This document shows positions 36,746 through 49,650 of a stretch of 64,000 bases of DNA, in pieces. The notes beneath the pieces were generated by a model. It did no database searches, was not told the origin of the DNA, and saw only the letters and a program-made list of their open reading frames with translations. Source of the DNA: Anolis carolinensis (lineage: Eukaryota); NCBI RefSeq assembly GCF_035594765.1, contig NC_085841.1, positions 62,231,636-62,295,635 on the forward strand, written 5' to 3'. Numbering within the stretch: the stretch's first letter is position 1; each line of letters begins with the position of its first letter. The translations under genes were made by a program, and so were the position numbers.

Positions 36746-39700
36746 AAGATATTGTATATCTCTTTTTCCATACTGCCATCCACTTATATGATGGTGGGAA
36801 AAGTGGGATAAATCCAGAAAGACACTGTGTTTGGAAAATACATTTTTTGCATTATTAAAATAAGTTTCATTTTCTGTATCACAGGAATAAGTTCTGTGTA
36901 GAACTCCTCAAATACCCAGAAACTATCTGGTCTGAGGGATTCTGGCATCTGTAATCAGAAAAACAATAGCTAATAAGGTGTCCAACTTGCGGGGTATCAT
37001 AATTGCTAATCCCTATTTGAGAAGATTAGTTGAGTCAAGGGGATTTATTAGAGTGTTGGTTTATTCTTCAGTACTTTGGCTAGAATGGCAACTCAATTTA
37101 AGTAGAACAAGTAGGAAAAGAACCATATGATATGCATATCATGTTCCTAATAGCTAAAAATGAGAGCGGGGGAGGGGGAGGGAGGGAGGGAGGGAGAAGG
37201 ACCCATTTGCTTGTCGAGCCAAAAAGAATATTGTAGAGGCTTATTCTTGGAATACACAGAAGAATATCTCTGGCACGAAAGCTCCTGTGCATGGTTGGAG
37301 ATAACATGCCTACAGGAGAGATTAGAAAGAGCTGTGTTGTGTTACAGCATGTGAAATTCCACATTTACTGAATCATTTGAGCTGCTGACCAACTGTAACA
37401 AGTCAGAAAGTGGGATGGAAGGGAGAGAGAAAGAGCGACACCAAGCTTGGCAGGAATTTGTTCTGGAGGAGAGTGTAATTAGAAATTAAGGAAACCTCGT
37501 CTCCCATCATTACCTCCGTGTCGGTCTCATTTGCGGGATGTTCTCTGTGGTTCCTGCTACTGGTGCTAAGAATCTAATTCATCAGCATTACTGCAGATGG
37601 TGTCATCCACGGGGGACTACAGTTGGTTCCATAATTAGCACCAGCATCTTCACTCAGAGGGGGAGCAGAGAAGATGGGGAAGGAGGACGTTGGTGGCCTC
37701 CTACATGATCTGGGCTTGGAAGAGCACAGTTATTTTCCTTGTCCACCTTTCTAGCAATCTGGACTTTTTGTGCTCTTACTTATGTCTCATTTAACAAAAG
37801 GAGGGGGGAAAACCTAGAGTTCTAGGGGAAGTGGAGATGGGGAGGGGGAGAAAGCATGCCAGTGGGGTGGCTAGTAGAGACAGCTGCCTCTGCTTTGCTA
37901 ATGTCTTCTCCTTTCCTCAGTAGTCATGGCAGCCGCCGTGATGCAGAGCACTGCTTATTGTGGAGTGCACAGCACAGCCTTAATTAAACAGAAAGCTGCG
38001 GGAGAGAAGCTTGGGCAGGACATGCCTTTGGTTTGTGAAAAGAGTTGCAGCAAAATCATTTCGTCCTCCCCCTCCCCTTATTACTCCTCATTCTTTTGAG
38101 GAATGATAGAAAGAACACATTTTACTCTCTGCTGTTTGCTACTAGAGCTTTCCAGTGCCCCGCAGTTGGGTCATCAATAAACTTGGCAAATTTGGGGCAT
38201 ACAGTACACAAAAACCAGTGTGAGCTGGAATTGATGTCATTGTAGAATGAACTGGGAGCTGAATCTGTAATTACTTGCTAAAAGAAACACCGTCAGCACT
38301 CTGTTTTTGTGGGGATTGCGGGGCAGGACCCCCACCAAAGTGGGAAAAATGCAAATCTTACATGCCCATCAAACTGTATATAACACACAAAGATATAGTA
38401 CTTGTACTCATGTGGTGGCTGAGTCTGCTTGAAAACATGTTTCTTTGCACATTCATTCACTCCTATGTGGGAAAGGGGATGGGATGATGGGAACAGGATG
38501 AGGGAAGGCAGTGGAAGGAAGAGAGGGGCGAGGGAAGTGGGAAAGGGATGCAACAGCAGCTTATCTGGACTCACTGTCTGCCCCAGAGACCTGAGCACAA
38601 CCTGCCCTCCCAGACATACCCCACTCCCAAGTAAGTGAATGAGTGAATGCACACACACTAGCACCCTCCCCTTGTGTTCCCCAATCTCATCCTGAAGCAC
38701 TTTCCCAGTTCCCTGTTCATTGAGACCATCTTTTCTTCCCAGTCAAGAATAAAGTTTATGTTTACATGCACAAACAAAATAATGATGTTGATCTACACTG
38801 TAGAATTAATGTAGTTAATGCAATTAATGCAGTTTGATAGCACTTGAACAACGCTATCAAATTCTGGGAGTTGTCATTTGGTGATGCACCCACACTCTTT
38901 GGCAGAGAAGGAAAAAGACTTTGTAAAACGACTTCTGTGACTCCACAGCAATTCCACAAAGAAGAATTAGAAGAATACCACCTAAGGATAGCTCAAACTG
39001 TGGCAATGGCAATAAAACTGAGTTCGATCGATATTATACCCAACAAAGAAGGAATAACAGTATGCAATCAAAGGGCCCAAAAAGGCTGTTATATTAATGG
39101 TAGAAATTTAAAATCACATTTTTTGATATAAGTACTTGTCTACTTTTCTGCGCCAAAGAGGTGTACATCAAAATTGTTTGATCATGTTTTCTGACTTTGT
39201 AAGTTGATCAGGTTTTTAGTGTGCAGTTGCTCTGCTTCACTTATTGAATGTATATGTTGTCTTCATCCATTTGTTGCCTTTCTTTTTACTAGGAAATAAA
39301 ATCTATTAAAGAGAGGAAATACATGGAATAGTTGCTCAATAACTTTTGAGTGGCATATGAAACATGACTAGACTCCTTCATTCAACTTAAATTTCAGTGA
39401 AGGCAGTTTGAGCGCCTCTCTTAGCAGTTCTGCCAACTGCATAATTTTCACCTCCATAGTATTGTTTTGGAAATATCCCCCTGACATTCTACCTGTGGCA
39501 AAATTTAAACAGAAATTCATTATTTAGGTGAATTCTCCTTATATGATCAAGTGGGCAGGAACTGCCAGGAATCCTGCTTAAACAACTTCCAGAGTGTTGG
39601 AAAGTTTTTGATTGGACTACTGGCATGACCAGCAGCTCTGCTAAAGCTCAAGAAAATCCATATTAGACAACAAGCCCTACTTGAATTTCAGGTTCCAAGT

Positions 39701-42645
39701 ATTATAATTAATAGTCATATTTCAATATGCCCGCTTTCAAAATCACACTGTGATTATATTTTAAATATCATATTGAGTGGGTGAGAAGAATGTGCACATA
39801 GGTTCACTGCGGCACACACAGGGATTGTTTTCTTGGTTTCCCACCATCAATTTCAAACTGGGCCTCCATTCACACAGAGATAGATGTTGAAATGGCCCAG
39901 CATTTACTTTCAGTCTTTCTTGTTTACACATGATTTTGAGAACAATTTCAGGTGCAACAGTTTCTACATATTTAGATCGGGTACTCAGATTTGGACCTCA
40001 GTCTCAGGGCCTCCACTCCTAAGGGCCAGGGGAAGAAATCTCAGGGTGAGAGCGGTGCCTTGAGAAATGTGCATACTCTTCATTTTTATATTGTTTTTTA
40101 TTTGAATGGCATACTCTCTGCAGCAGTTGTTGATGCTTAGTGTGTCACACTCAATACTTTAAGGGTTACAAGAAGAGCTGCCTCATCTAACATCTCCCTC
40201 ATAACATCACCAGGAGTTATCTCCTGAGACATTAATGGAGATTGTCTCTAAGTATCAGGTTTAAGTCCCTGAAGCCTACAGTGATGGTCTTGAATTTTAC
40301 TTTCTTTTCAACAGTACTAGTGAGGCACCATATTAGATTAGATAGTACAAGGCGGGTTGCCAGGCACACACCAGCTCTGCCTTCCAGCACCACTCACAAC
40401 ATCATCAAGGGATCTACTGTCAAAAGCACCCTCTAACTCTACATGGTGATAGGGTAGGCCCTTAATCATACTTCGTATATTAGGAATATTCCCCACTAAA
40501 GGGACTTCTGGTCAAAGCTAAAGAGTTACATTTGGGACACATAGTTCTTTGTTATACCAGTGATCTGAGGTAGGAGATGACAGCTTATTCTTCTTTTCTT
40601 GATGCACTGTTGGGGAAATGTGAGTGATAATGGTGGATTTCTCTAGCAGAGAACTCAAACTAGGAAGGAAGAACAGCCAGTCCCACGTCCACCCATGCAG
40701 ACAGAGAACGAAACCAGCTTAGTCTTATTTGTCAAACATACACAAGTAAGCATTCTTTCCAGATCTGGGCATAGTCTATAGGCGAGAGCAATAGAAGAAG
40801 ATAATTGTTGCAGTTTACAGCAATGAAGAAAGACAGCAGGAGCAGTGTGGGTGGGTGAGTAAATCAAACAAATATGAAGTAAATATATACTATATCTAAA
40901 TTCCTAGAGTAGGGTACAAACTAGCAATCATTGGGTTTAGGCATGAAAATGTTGCTAACTCTAACATGTAAAGAGAGCAGAGTCTCCAGGAGTCACCTTT
41001 GTCCCCCAGCTGTTGGTTGGTTGGGAAGGGGATGCTTAGTTGCCATCTGACTGTTTTTACTCTCCCCAGAACAAGAGAAGAAACATCAATATCCCCTCTC
41101 ACACATGAAGATAGAAGCTGTTTCTTCATTCCTGCAGTTGAAGTCATTGTGGAAGGAGTACAGGACACTTATTTCCTCAATGCTCTTAAAAGTATTAATA
41201 CGGTCACAACCAAGAATTACTCTAGTGCAAGCTGCCTTTGAGATCCTTTCTCAAGTGGGCATTCTGAGGGTCTCCTCTAGTATTTCCTCTCAATATGCAG
41301 ACATCATTAAGATAAATACAGTGGGTCTTTCATATCCACAGGGATTTGATTCCAAGACCCACAATGGACACCATGAATGCTTGTTCCGTTATACACTATG
41401 GCATAGTAAAAAGTTTGCTTTTTTGGGGGGGTTTTGGAAGGGGGCTATTTTAAAACTATAGGTGGTTGCCAGGTGTAAAACAAAACCAGATAGAATAGCT
41501 GAAGATACAAGTCTGAAACATTAGAGTAGTCAGATACAAGACTGAGGCATGCAGATAGCATAGCTTTCAAACCTTTTCCAATGGTTGCACATAGCAGATT
41601 TATATCTGGCTTTCCCAACATTATTCATGTGATTTGGGATATTTGGCCATTTCCTCTCTTCTTTACTACACATGTTTCAAAGATGTGAATGGAAAGAAGC
41701 CAGGAACCCAAAAACTGACAAAAAATGAAGTGTATGTTCTTGAAACATATTGCACATCTGGGCCAAGTTTCCTGCACTAATATGATATACTTTTTCTGTA
41801 GATTTCAGGAGCAAATAGTTATGGTTTTTAAACACATTAATGCCCATTGTTCTCCTGTTTGACATTTCCATTACTCTGAGGAACTGGAGGTACAAGCAGG
41901 AACAAGAAATGGATTTGCATTGTATCTCATTAAGGAAGTACTAAGTTAAAAAAACATGCTGTGCTACTCAAATAACATAGCCACAATACTTGTAGTAATG
42001 CACCATAATGTAGAGCACCACAAGCTTCATTTCCCAGGGATAGAAATACTGGGACTCTGAAACAATGCACTAATTTCTGTCAGTGCTTCAAAGAGAACAC
42101 AAAGATTATTGAGGAAATGTGGAAGGAAGAGGAGGCATTGGTGACTGCACTTTAGAGATGCTGGGCACCCTGCTAAAGGGAATTAGGCTTGCACATGACA
42201 TCTTTAGTCAAGTACAAGATGTTTGTTTGTATAATATTTGGTTTCATTCAAAAACAGAGATATTAGCTTGCTTCATTATGCAGAAGCCCAAGTGTGTTTT
42301 ATTGTCTATCAAGTTTGTGAATTGATAATGCTATAAACTAATAGCAATTTTATTCAGAGTATAGATTCTTATCTAGTCAAAATGGCATCATCCACAAATG
42401 AGGTTATCAATAGAACTCTAAGGTTCAGAGATACAAAAAAAACTGTAGAAAAGAAAAAAAATGATTTGACCAAAAAAACCACACAGGTGGCATTCTGCCG
42501 ATGATTTAGGAATGGATAAGCCAGACTTATGATTCATAATTGCTGTGTATTCATGATCCCTTCCCTTCACAGTCACAATTGTGATGCTATTGCCATGATC
42601 ATAATTGTCCTCACAAACCCTCTCTACCGGGTAAAGTTCCTCTGA

Positions 42646-43763
42646 GGGAGCTTCCAGACAGCACCAAAATCCACATTTTAAGTGGGGGTTAAAAAATCCT
42701 GGGATCTGACTACAGGTCACCACACAGATCTGTTAGTCCCAGGATTGGGTCCCCCAATGGAATAATTTTTGAAAAAAACTTCCGCTGGATCTCTTTCTTT
42801 CCCCCAATTGTTAATTCAAGCTCTTTTTAAAAAAATAATAATAAATCTTTTCTGTGTTTTGAGCTTTTTGACTGTTTTACATACACCAGTATGGATAGCA
42901 ATTAAAACCCAATTTGCATAAATTGAAAGATGTTTAAAGTCATAATCAAATGTTTCATTAACATTATTACAACATATTTAACCTTTTCAGGAATCACTTA
43001 TTTCTAATTTTGTAACATTCCAGCTTGTCCAAATAGCATTACATATTTCTTTTTCTTTAAATATTTTTTTTCTTTTTCCTCTTCTTTTTCCCCTTCTCCC
43101 CACCTTTCCTTCCCTTCCTTTCCTTGACAACTGCACATAATACCTTTTCTGAACACAAACTTAATGTTCACATCTCAAGAGTTCTACCATAATACATATA
43201 CTAAAGAAAATAAAGTCACCTCAAATAGTTCCAAAGAATTCTTCATCATGACATTCTTCAGAAAGAAGTTAAACAATGTGATGAAAAATTAGCTTTTATA
43301 ATAGTCAAACTTGAAACCCCCACGTTGAAATAGTCTTTCCTTCTAAGAATCTTTTGAAGGACTCCCAGCTCTGTTTAATATTATCAGGTTTAAAATAAAG
43401 AGTTCAGAGAGTTCTAATTGCTTTCTCATTCTGTTTCCCTTGAGCCACCTGTGTGTCCATTTGACAGCCCAATCAGCTGATCAGTTGTTTTGGGCTTTTC
43501 AAAAGTACATGTGTGGTGGAAGTAGCCTCCATAGCAGGGAGGGAAGGAAATCATGTGTTTTTGTGTGTGAGTACAGGGATATACACCGATTTGAATATGT
43601 ACATTTTCTGGCTGAAATTGGGATGTAAGTGGACCTTTTTAACACGTGTTTTTCATCCATTGCTGTGAATCAGCACAGATTTACTGCCAGCATCATTTAG
43701 CCCCCCTCCCCTCCCCTTTTAACCAGGCAACTTTAACGTTTTAGGTGCTGTGTAGAAGGGCCC
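42646..43763. mobile_element. PIF/Harbinger-like non-autonomous element
   Basis: TIR gggagcttccagacagcacc / ggtgctgtgtagaagggccc; 3-bp TSD tga. Confidence 0.65.
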
Positions 43764-44536
43764 TGAGATAAAAGGGTCTGTTGTACTGGTGATTAGATTG
43801 CAATTTGATGAGATTTCTCTCCTTTGGCCAATGAGTGAGGCTGTGACAACCTGCAGGAGAATCCGTGTTGCAATTTCTTCTTCTAGCTTTATTAGATGAT
43901 GGTACAGGGTGGAAACATCCTCCTTCAGTGACCCAATTACCTTCTTCTCTATGCAGAACAAGTGTAACTCATAGATATACTTCTGGATTGACACAAGCTT
44001 AAGAGTTTATGGCTTGGAAAACAGTGGTGGCTGGTTGCTCTCCTGTTAGCAAGGCAGTATTTCCTCTCCAGGCTTTCATCCAGGCCTTCCTACTGACTTC
44101 AATACTATGTGTATTCAATGTGGTATGTATTCATTGCTTCACTGACAAGGGAGCCATCAACCACTGGTTGGAAGCTCTCTTTTAAAAAAAAAAGAAAGAA
44201 AAAAAAGCTGTCATTGATGCTTTTGTAATTCAGAAGAGGTTTCAAAAATGTTTCCATGTAATATTCTATGCAGCATTCTTAATCATTTACCATTGTCATC
44301 ACTCAGCTGTTCAGACAGCTGAAGTCTCTGTGTGCTGCCTTTTGCCAGATTGAAACACAAGCAACCGGCAGAAAGGGAAAAGAAATGACATAGTAGCAAA
44401 CCGACTTCAGTTTGACAACATTAATTTGAGGACAGGCAATGGAGGAGTATCATGACTGCCAGCGTTTCTATTTTAAAGGCATAAGTTCTTTAGTTCACCG
44501 GTGAAATGGCCAGTCTTTAGAGGAAAAACAGCCCTG

Positions 44537-44761
44537 AGGGTCCTTCCACACAGCCATATAACCTAGAATATCAAGGCAGATAATCTACATTATCTGCTTT
44601 GAACTGGATTATATGGCAGTGTGGACTCAGATAACCCAGTCCAAAGCAGATATTGTGGGTTATTCTGCCTTGATATTCTGGGTTATATGGCTGTGTTATA
44701 TGGCCCTGAGGGTTCTTCCACACAGCCATATAACCCAGAATATCAAGGCAGATAATCCACA
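44537..44761. mobile_element. Harbinger-like palindromic MITE followed by a tandem partial copy
   Basis: ccacacagccatataacc...ggttatatggctgtg foldback; left ~55 bp repeated at 44708-44761. Confidence 0.8.
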
Positions 44762-44917
44762 AGTATGTTTCAGTCTACTTGGAATACACAAAGTGTGTTT
44801 AAGAACCGGTCAAAGAGTCCAGAAGAGCCTTGACTCCCCATATGACCATCACCCCACTTTCTTTGCTAGTTAATTTGAACCCAGTATGCTTTATTATGCC
44901 AATTGTTTGCCTTAGAT

Positions 44918-45662
44918 CAGGCATGGGGCAAACTTTGGCCCTCCGGGTGTTTTGGACTCCAACTCTCACAATTCCTAACAGTTAGTCTCCTGGAGTGACT
45001 GCAGAAACAATAAAACCCTTCTGTTTTTTTCTCTTGGTCGTAGGAGTTCTGTGTGCAAAATCTGGTTCAATTCTATCATTGGTGGAATTCAGAATTCTCT
45101 TTGATTGTAGATGAACTATAAATCCAAACAACTACAACTCTCAAATGTCAAGGTCTATTTTTCCCAATCCCCACCAGTGTTCAAATTTGTGTATTTGTTC
45201 CAAGTTTGGTCCAGATCCATTGTGGTTTGGTTTCACATTGCTCTCCGGATATAGGTGAACTACATCTCCCCTAAATCACTGTCAATTCCTCCCAAACCTG
45301 CAAACCCCCAGTATTTTCTGTTGGTTAAGGGGGTTCTGTGTGCCAGGTTTGGTCCAGGTCTGTCATTTGTGGGGGTCTCAGTGGTCTGTGGAAGTCAGAG
45401 CTGTATTAGTTGAAGGTACTGCAAATCCCATCATCCGTTGTCCATACTCTCACAAACATATTGTTTTTGTGATTAATCTCTTTGCTTTAATTAAGTTCAA
45501 TTTGTAATAATGAAAATACATCCTGCACATCAGATATTTACATTGCTATTCATAACAGTAACAAATTTACAGTTGTGAAGTAGCATGTTATGTTGGGGGT
45601 CACCTCAACACGAGGAACTGTATTTAGGCATCACCATGCATTAGAAAGGTTGAGAACCACTG
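44918..45662. mobile_element. hAT non-autonomous element with mismatched (chimeric) ends
   Basis: Left end caggcatggggcaaactt, right end gttgagaaccactg; body homologous to 34597-35301. Confidence 0.8.
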
Positions 45663-45667
45663 TTCTT

Positions 45668-45930
45668 GAGTCAAATGGAAAATTGTTGTTACTCAGACCC
45701 CAGCCTCTTTACAGAAAAATGCAGGGGACAGAGACAACATTGAGTGCAAAGTTTCATCCTATTCTGATATGAACTTCTACCAGCTGATACCAGGACAAAA
45801 GCTACTGATTTAAGGAGCTACTAGCTGTTTTGAGGGGACCCCAGATGGCTTCAGTGGCTGAGGAAGTGGCACTGACTTCACCTTCACTATCAATGGTGTG
45901 CGTCCTGAGGGTGAAGGGGAGTATTACTGT
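45668..45930 (+). pseudogene. Immunoglobulin light-chain (kappa-like) V segment pseudogene
   Basis: ESNG/(fs)[81 protein letters not shown]; both V-domain cysteines (45745, 45928); stops at 45811 and 45859. Confidence 0.9.
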
Positions 45931-46883
45931 TTTACATCGCACCTCTGTAAAACTTAGCCGGACTTCTAATACAATCAACCTTGAGATCCAAAGGCAATAA
46001 GCACGACAAGTGGTAACGATTTCAGAAATCAGTTTATTAGAGAAAGAGACATGGTGACAAAAACAGAAGAAATAAGAACCAAGCAAGTTCTCCTCAATCC
46101 ATTTCTGGGAACCCCTTGAACGGCAACAAGGATGACCCCAGGCTGGCCACCAACATGCAGCATTCTCCTGGTCTTAGCCTGAATCGAGGTTCAACATTAG
46201 GCTGGGATGTCAGGATTTTTCTATCTTACTGAAGCCAAGAGGCTAATGGATCACATGCCTTTTAGATCAGCCAGCTGGACTCCCGCTCATTCCATCCCAA
46301 TTTGTTCTTAACAATGAAAGTAGGCATAAGAAAGAGGGGTAAAATGATATTTTTCACATAAAAGAGATTTCATTCCTTTAGGGTTTCTTTTGAAGGGGCA
46401 ATGGGTATAGAAAAATGGGATAACTGTGCACCCCACCTAGCTTGCCTCCTCAAGTTAACAATAGTCTTCCGCGAGTGCCCTCTACTCCACGCCCTGGGGT
46501 ACACAGTGGCCCATTTCAAGCACATTTGCCATTTGCCCTATTTGAAAAAGTATAAACCCCTTCAAACCCCTTCAAAACAAAACTAGCCTGATTCCAAAGA
46601 ATTGAGAAATACAATCTTTGGCCTGATATCCAATTGTAGCATCCATACAATATCCAGCAACCATGGTTCCTATGACAAAAGGTGTTGCTTGCACAAGGAT
46701 CGGGAGGTCATGTTGCCTACTCCTTGCAGCAGGGGTATGGATGCTTTTTCTTGTGCAGTCAGGTCAGCTGGCATCTGAGAAGGTGGTTGAAGTTTGATAT
46801 GTTGTAAAAGGCTTTCATGGCCAGAATCACTGGGTTGCTGTGAGTTTTTCAAGCTGTAAGGCTATGTTCCAGTAGCATTTTCT

Positions 46884-46924
46884 CCTGACATTTTGCCCGC
46901 ATCTGTGGCAGGCTTCTTCAGAGG
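46884..46924 (-). ncRNA. Decayed hammerhead ribozyme of the older Penelope
   Basis: cct-ctgaaga-a-gcctgc..gcgggc-aaaa-tg-tc-agg; GAAA changed to AAAA and ACGT to ATGT. Confidence 0.7.
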
Positions 46925-46938
46925 TTCTGTTGGCAATG

Positions 46939-47437
46939 ATCATCATCATTCATCATCATCATTTAATAACTTATTAATCGCCCTCCATCCACGATGCTCT
47001 AGGCGATTTACAAGATAAAATTGTAAAGGATAAAAATACATACATAAAAATATTAATAAAATTAACATAGATTAAAAGCTCTAGTAAAGAGCCAGGTCTT
47101 GAGTGCGAGGGTAAAAGGCCCTAACTCACGCATGGCTCTCATATAGGGCGGCAAGGCATTCCATAAGGCAGGGGCAGAAATAGAAAAAGCTCTGCGCCTG
47201 GTCCTTTCCAAGTGCACTTCTCTAGGACCCGGTACATAAAGTAAGTCTCGTTGGGATGGTCGTTGCGACCTCCGATGATGGGAGAAGGAGAGACGGTCCC
47301 TAAGGTGCGATGGGCCCTGGCCGTAAAGGGTTTTGAAGGTCAGAACTAGCATCTTATATAGACCACGGTAATCAGTTGGGAGCCAATGCAGATGCTGCAG
47401 CACTGGTGTTATGTGGCATTTCATGGGTGTTCTTGTG
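46939..47437 (-). mobile_element. L2 LINE 3' fragment (young)
   Basis: HITPVLQHLHWLP...RAFSISAPALWNALP...LKTWLFTRAF*; (atg)n tail. Confidence 0.92.
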
Positions 47438-48625
47438 GATGTTAGTGGAGTGTATATATATCTGTGGAATGTCCAGGGTGGAAGAGAAAACTCTTGTCTG
47501 TTAAACAAGTGTGAATGTTGCAAATTAGCAAGCATTGTGTAGCCATGAATCTGTAAAGTCAATCAGTGAAAGTATCTGCATAGAGGTAGCCTGGGCTTTG
47601 TTGCCTGGAGGCTGTCTGGAGTTCTCCTGTTTCTGAGCTGTGTTCTTGATTCTGATTTTTTTTAAATACTGGTAATCAGATTTTGTTCATTTTTATGGTT
47701 TCCTCCTTTCTGTTGAAATGACCCACCTGCTTGTGGATTTCAATGGCTTTTTTGTGTAGTCTGACATAAAGGCTGTCAGAGTGGTCTAGAATTTGTGTTT
47801 TCTCAAATATTAGTCTGTGGTTCCTGGTTGGTTCATCAAGCACTCCGCTATAACTGACTTCTCTGGTTGAATTAGTCTGCAATGACTTTCATGTTCTTTG
47901 ATTCATATCTGAGCGCTTCGTTTGAAGTCCCTGTATAGACTTGTCCACAGCAGCATGGTATACGGTAGACTTCTGTAGCGTTTAGTGGATCCTTCTTATC
48001 CTTATCTCGTGGCTTTTCTTGTTCTTGCAGCTCTCCTGATGTCTGTCATGGAACACCCATTAGCCTGTAGAGCACAGTTTAGGTGGTTCAGTTCACGTTG
48101 GAGCAGGTGGGGTTCACAGTTCCTGTTTGTGCGGTCTATCAAGGACTTTAATTGTGCTTCTTTTTTGACCTGGGTGATGGTTGGAGTTTTTATCTGGGTA
48201 TCCATCAGTGTGTGTAGTCTTTTTGTAAACCATGTGGCTCAATGGTTGATTTGGTTTGCTGATAACTAGAAATGGTTGATTTACTTCATGTTCTTTTTCC
48301 AAGGTGAATTGGATGTTTGGGTGGGTGTTGTTGATGTGATCCAGGAAATTGTTCCATTTTTCTTCTCCATGGCTTCAAATGGTGAAGGTGTCATCCAAAT
48401 ATCGGAACCATACGGGGGCTTTTTTGATGCTATTTCCAGGGCCTTTTTCTCAAATGGCTTTTCTTTCTTTTCTTGTTATGTTGCTGGAGGGATGCTTTGC
48501 TTCCTCAGGATCCTCAGTGTTACCCTCTAACTTCTGCCGCTTCTTCCTCCTTTTGCTCAGATGAATACTTCGCTGCCTGAGGGTTGACAATCGATCAGAA
48601 AATCATGGTCCGCAAATTATTCAGT

Positions 48626-49186
48626 TTAGATTAAGGCTGGGAAATGGTAAGGCCAGGGCACTGACCTGGAAGGAGGGGAAGGTGATAGGGTTGTTGTGGG
48701 AGGAGGGCGTGGACCTGCTCGAGGGAAGGGAATTATTTTTGCCAAGCTCCACTGGTCTGTGCTCGGAGGCATCTTTGGGAGAAAGGATTGTTGTCTTTTT
48801 ACTTCCGTTTCACCGACATTGGCCAGCCAGCACACAAACCCTGGCCGGAGATCCTTTTTGATGGAATCATGTTCCTTCTGGTCTTCTTTGCCGATCTTCC
48901 CAAGCCCGTGGGGCTTGCTTTGTAAGAAAGGGGGCTCCTGCCGTTTCTGTCTTCGGAGCTCCCTCTCCTCCCGCTGCTTCTTCACCTTCTCCCTCAGGAC
49001 TTCCGCTTGGGCAGCTTTTTGTGGGGCCAGTTCCCACAAGGGGCGCCTCTACCTGCTTGGCCACTGAGGCTGGACGGGTGGCCCTGGCCACTTGACGGGG
49101 ACTTCCTCAGGCTCAGGGGGGTGTAAATAGATCACCCTGATCTCCGGAAGCAGGCGGCCGGTACTCAGCATGTCAAATGTCTCCAT
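48626..49186 (-). pseudogene. Unidentified 186-codon frame with one internal stop (49049-49051)
   Basis: Track ORFs 49049-49342 and 48626-49039 are in the same frame; ATG at 49186 in gtaATGG context. Confidence 0.35.
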
Positions 49187-49194
49187 TACGTTTC

Positions 49195-49650
49195 CAAAAA
49201 AACAAAAACAAAACTCCAAACAAAACTCTAAACAAAAACAAATAAAACTCAAAACAAAAACAAAACAAACAAAAAACAACCAAACAATAAAGAATATAAA
49301 GAATATACGGTAAACAAAATAAACAAAATAAAAAGGATACAAACCAATAAATAAAAGTAATAAAATAAAATAAATGTATACTATATTTCAGAAAGAAAAC
49401 TAAATAATGAAGATTCTAAACTCTAACGAATATTACAAATAAATTTACTACCAAACACCAACTTAATAATAGGAATAAGAATAAATAACAAACACTACCA
49501 AAAAATATATTAAAAAAACACACTCAATAACAAAAACAATTAACAATCTAAAAAAATACAAACAAACCAATTATAAAAACAAATATCAAATACAACAACA
49601 ACAACAACAATAACAAAAGCAAACCAATAAACAAAAACTGAACACAAATA
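49195..49650. repeat. A/C-rich low-complexity tract (T/G-rich on the minus strand)
   Basis: Degenerate (caaaa)n/(aaat)n with almost no G on the + strand. Confidence 0.9.

Larger units (their letters stand above)
46797..48555 (-). mobile_element. Older Penelope element, internally deleted and interrupted by L2
   Basis: Tail and pLTR homologous to 20166-20300; remnants KNSNHHPGQKRSTIK, CEPHLLQRELNHLN, YVRLHKKAIEIHK; N-terminal remnant SNITRKERKAI. Confidence 0.92.

Noticed and set aside
41910-42920. ATTTGCAT octamers (~41913, 42912) as the V promoter
   Set aside because: No convincing leader exon with a donor follows; the second lies inside a transposon
46502-46540. CACAGTG heptamer as the V segment's RSS
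   Set aside because: About 570 bp from YYC, with no ACAAAAACC-like nonamer at 12 or 23 bp
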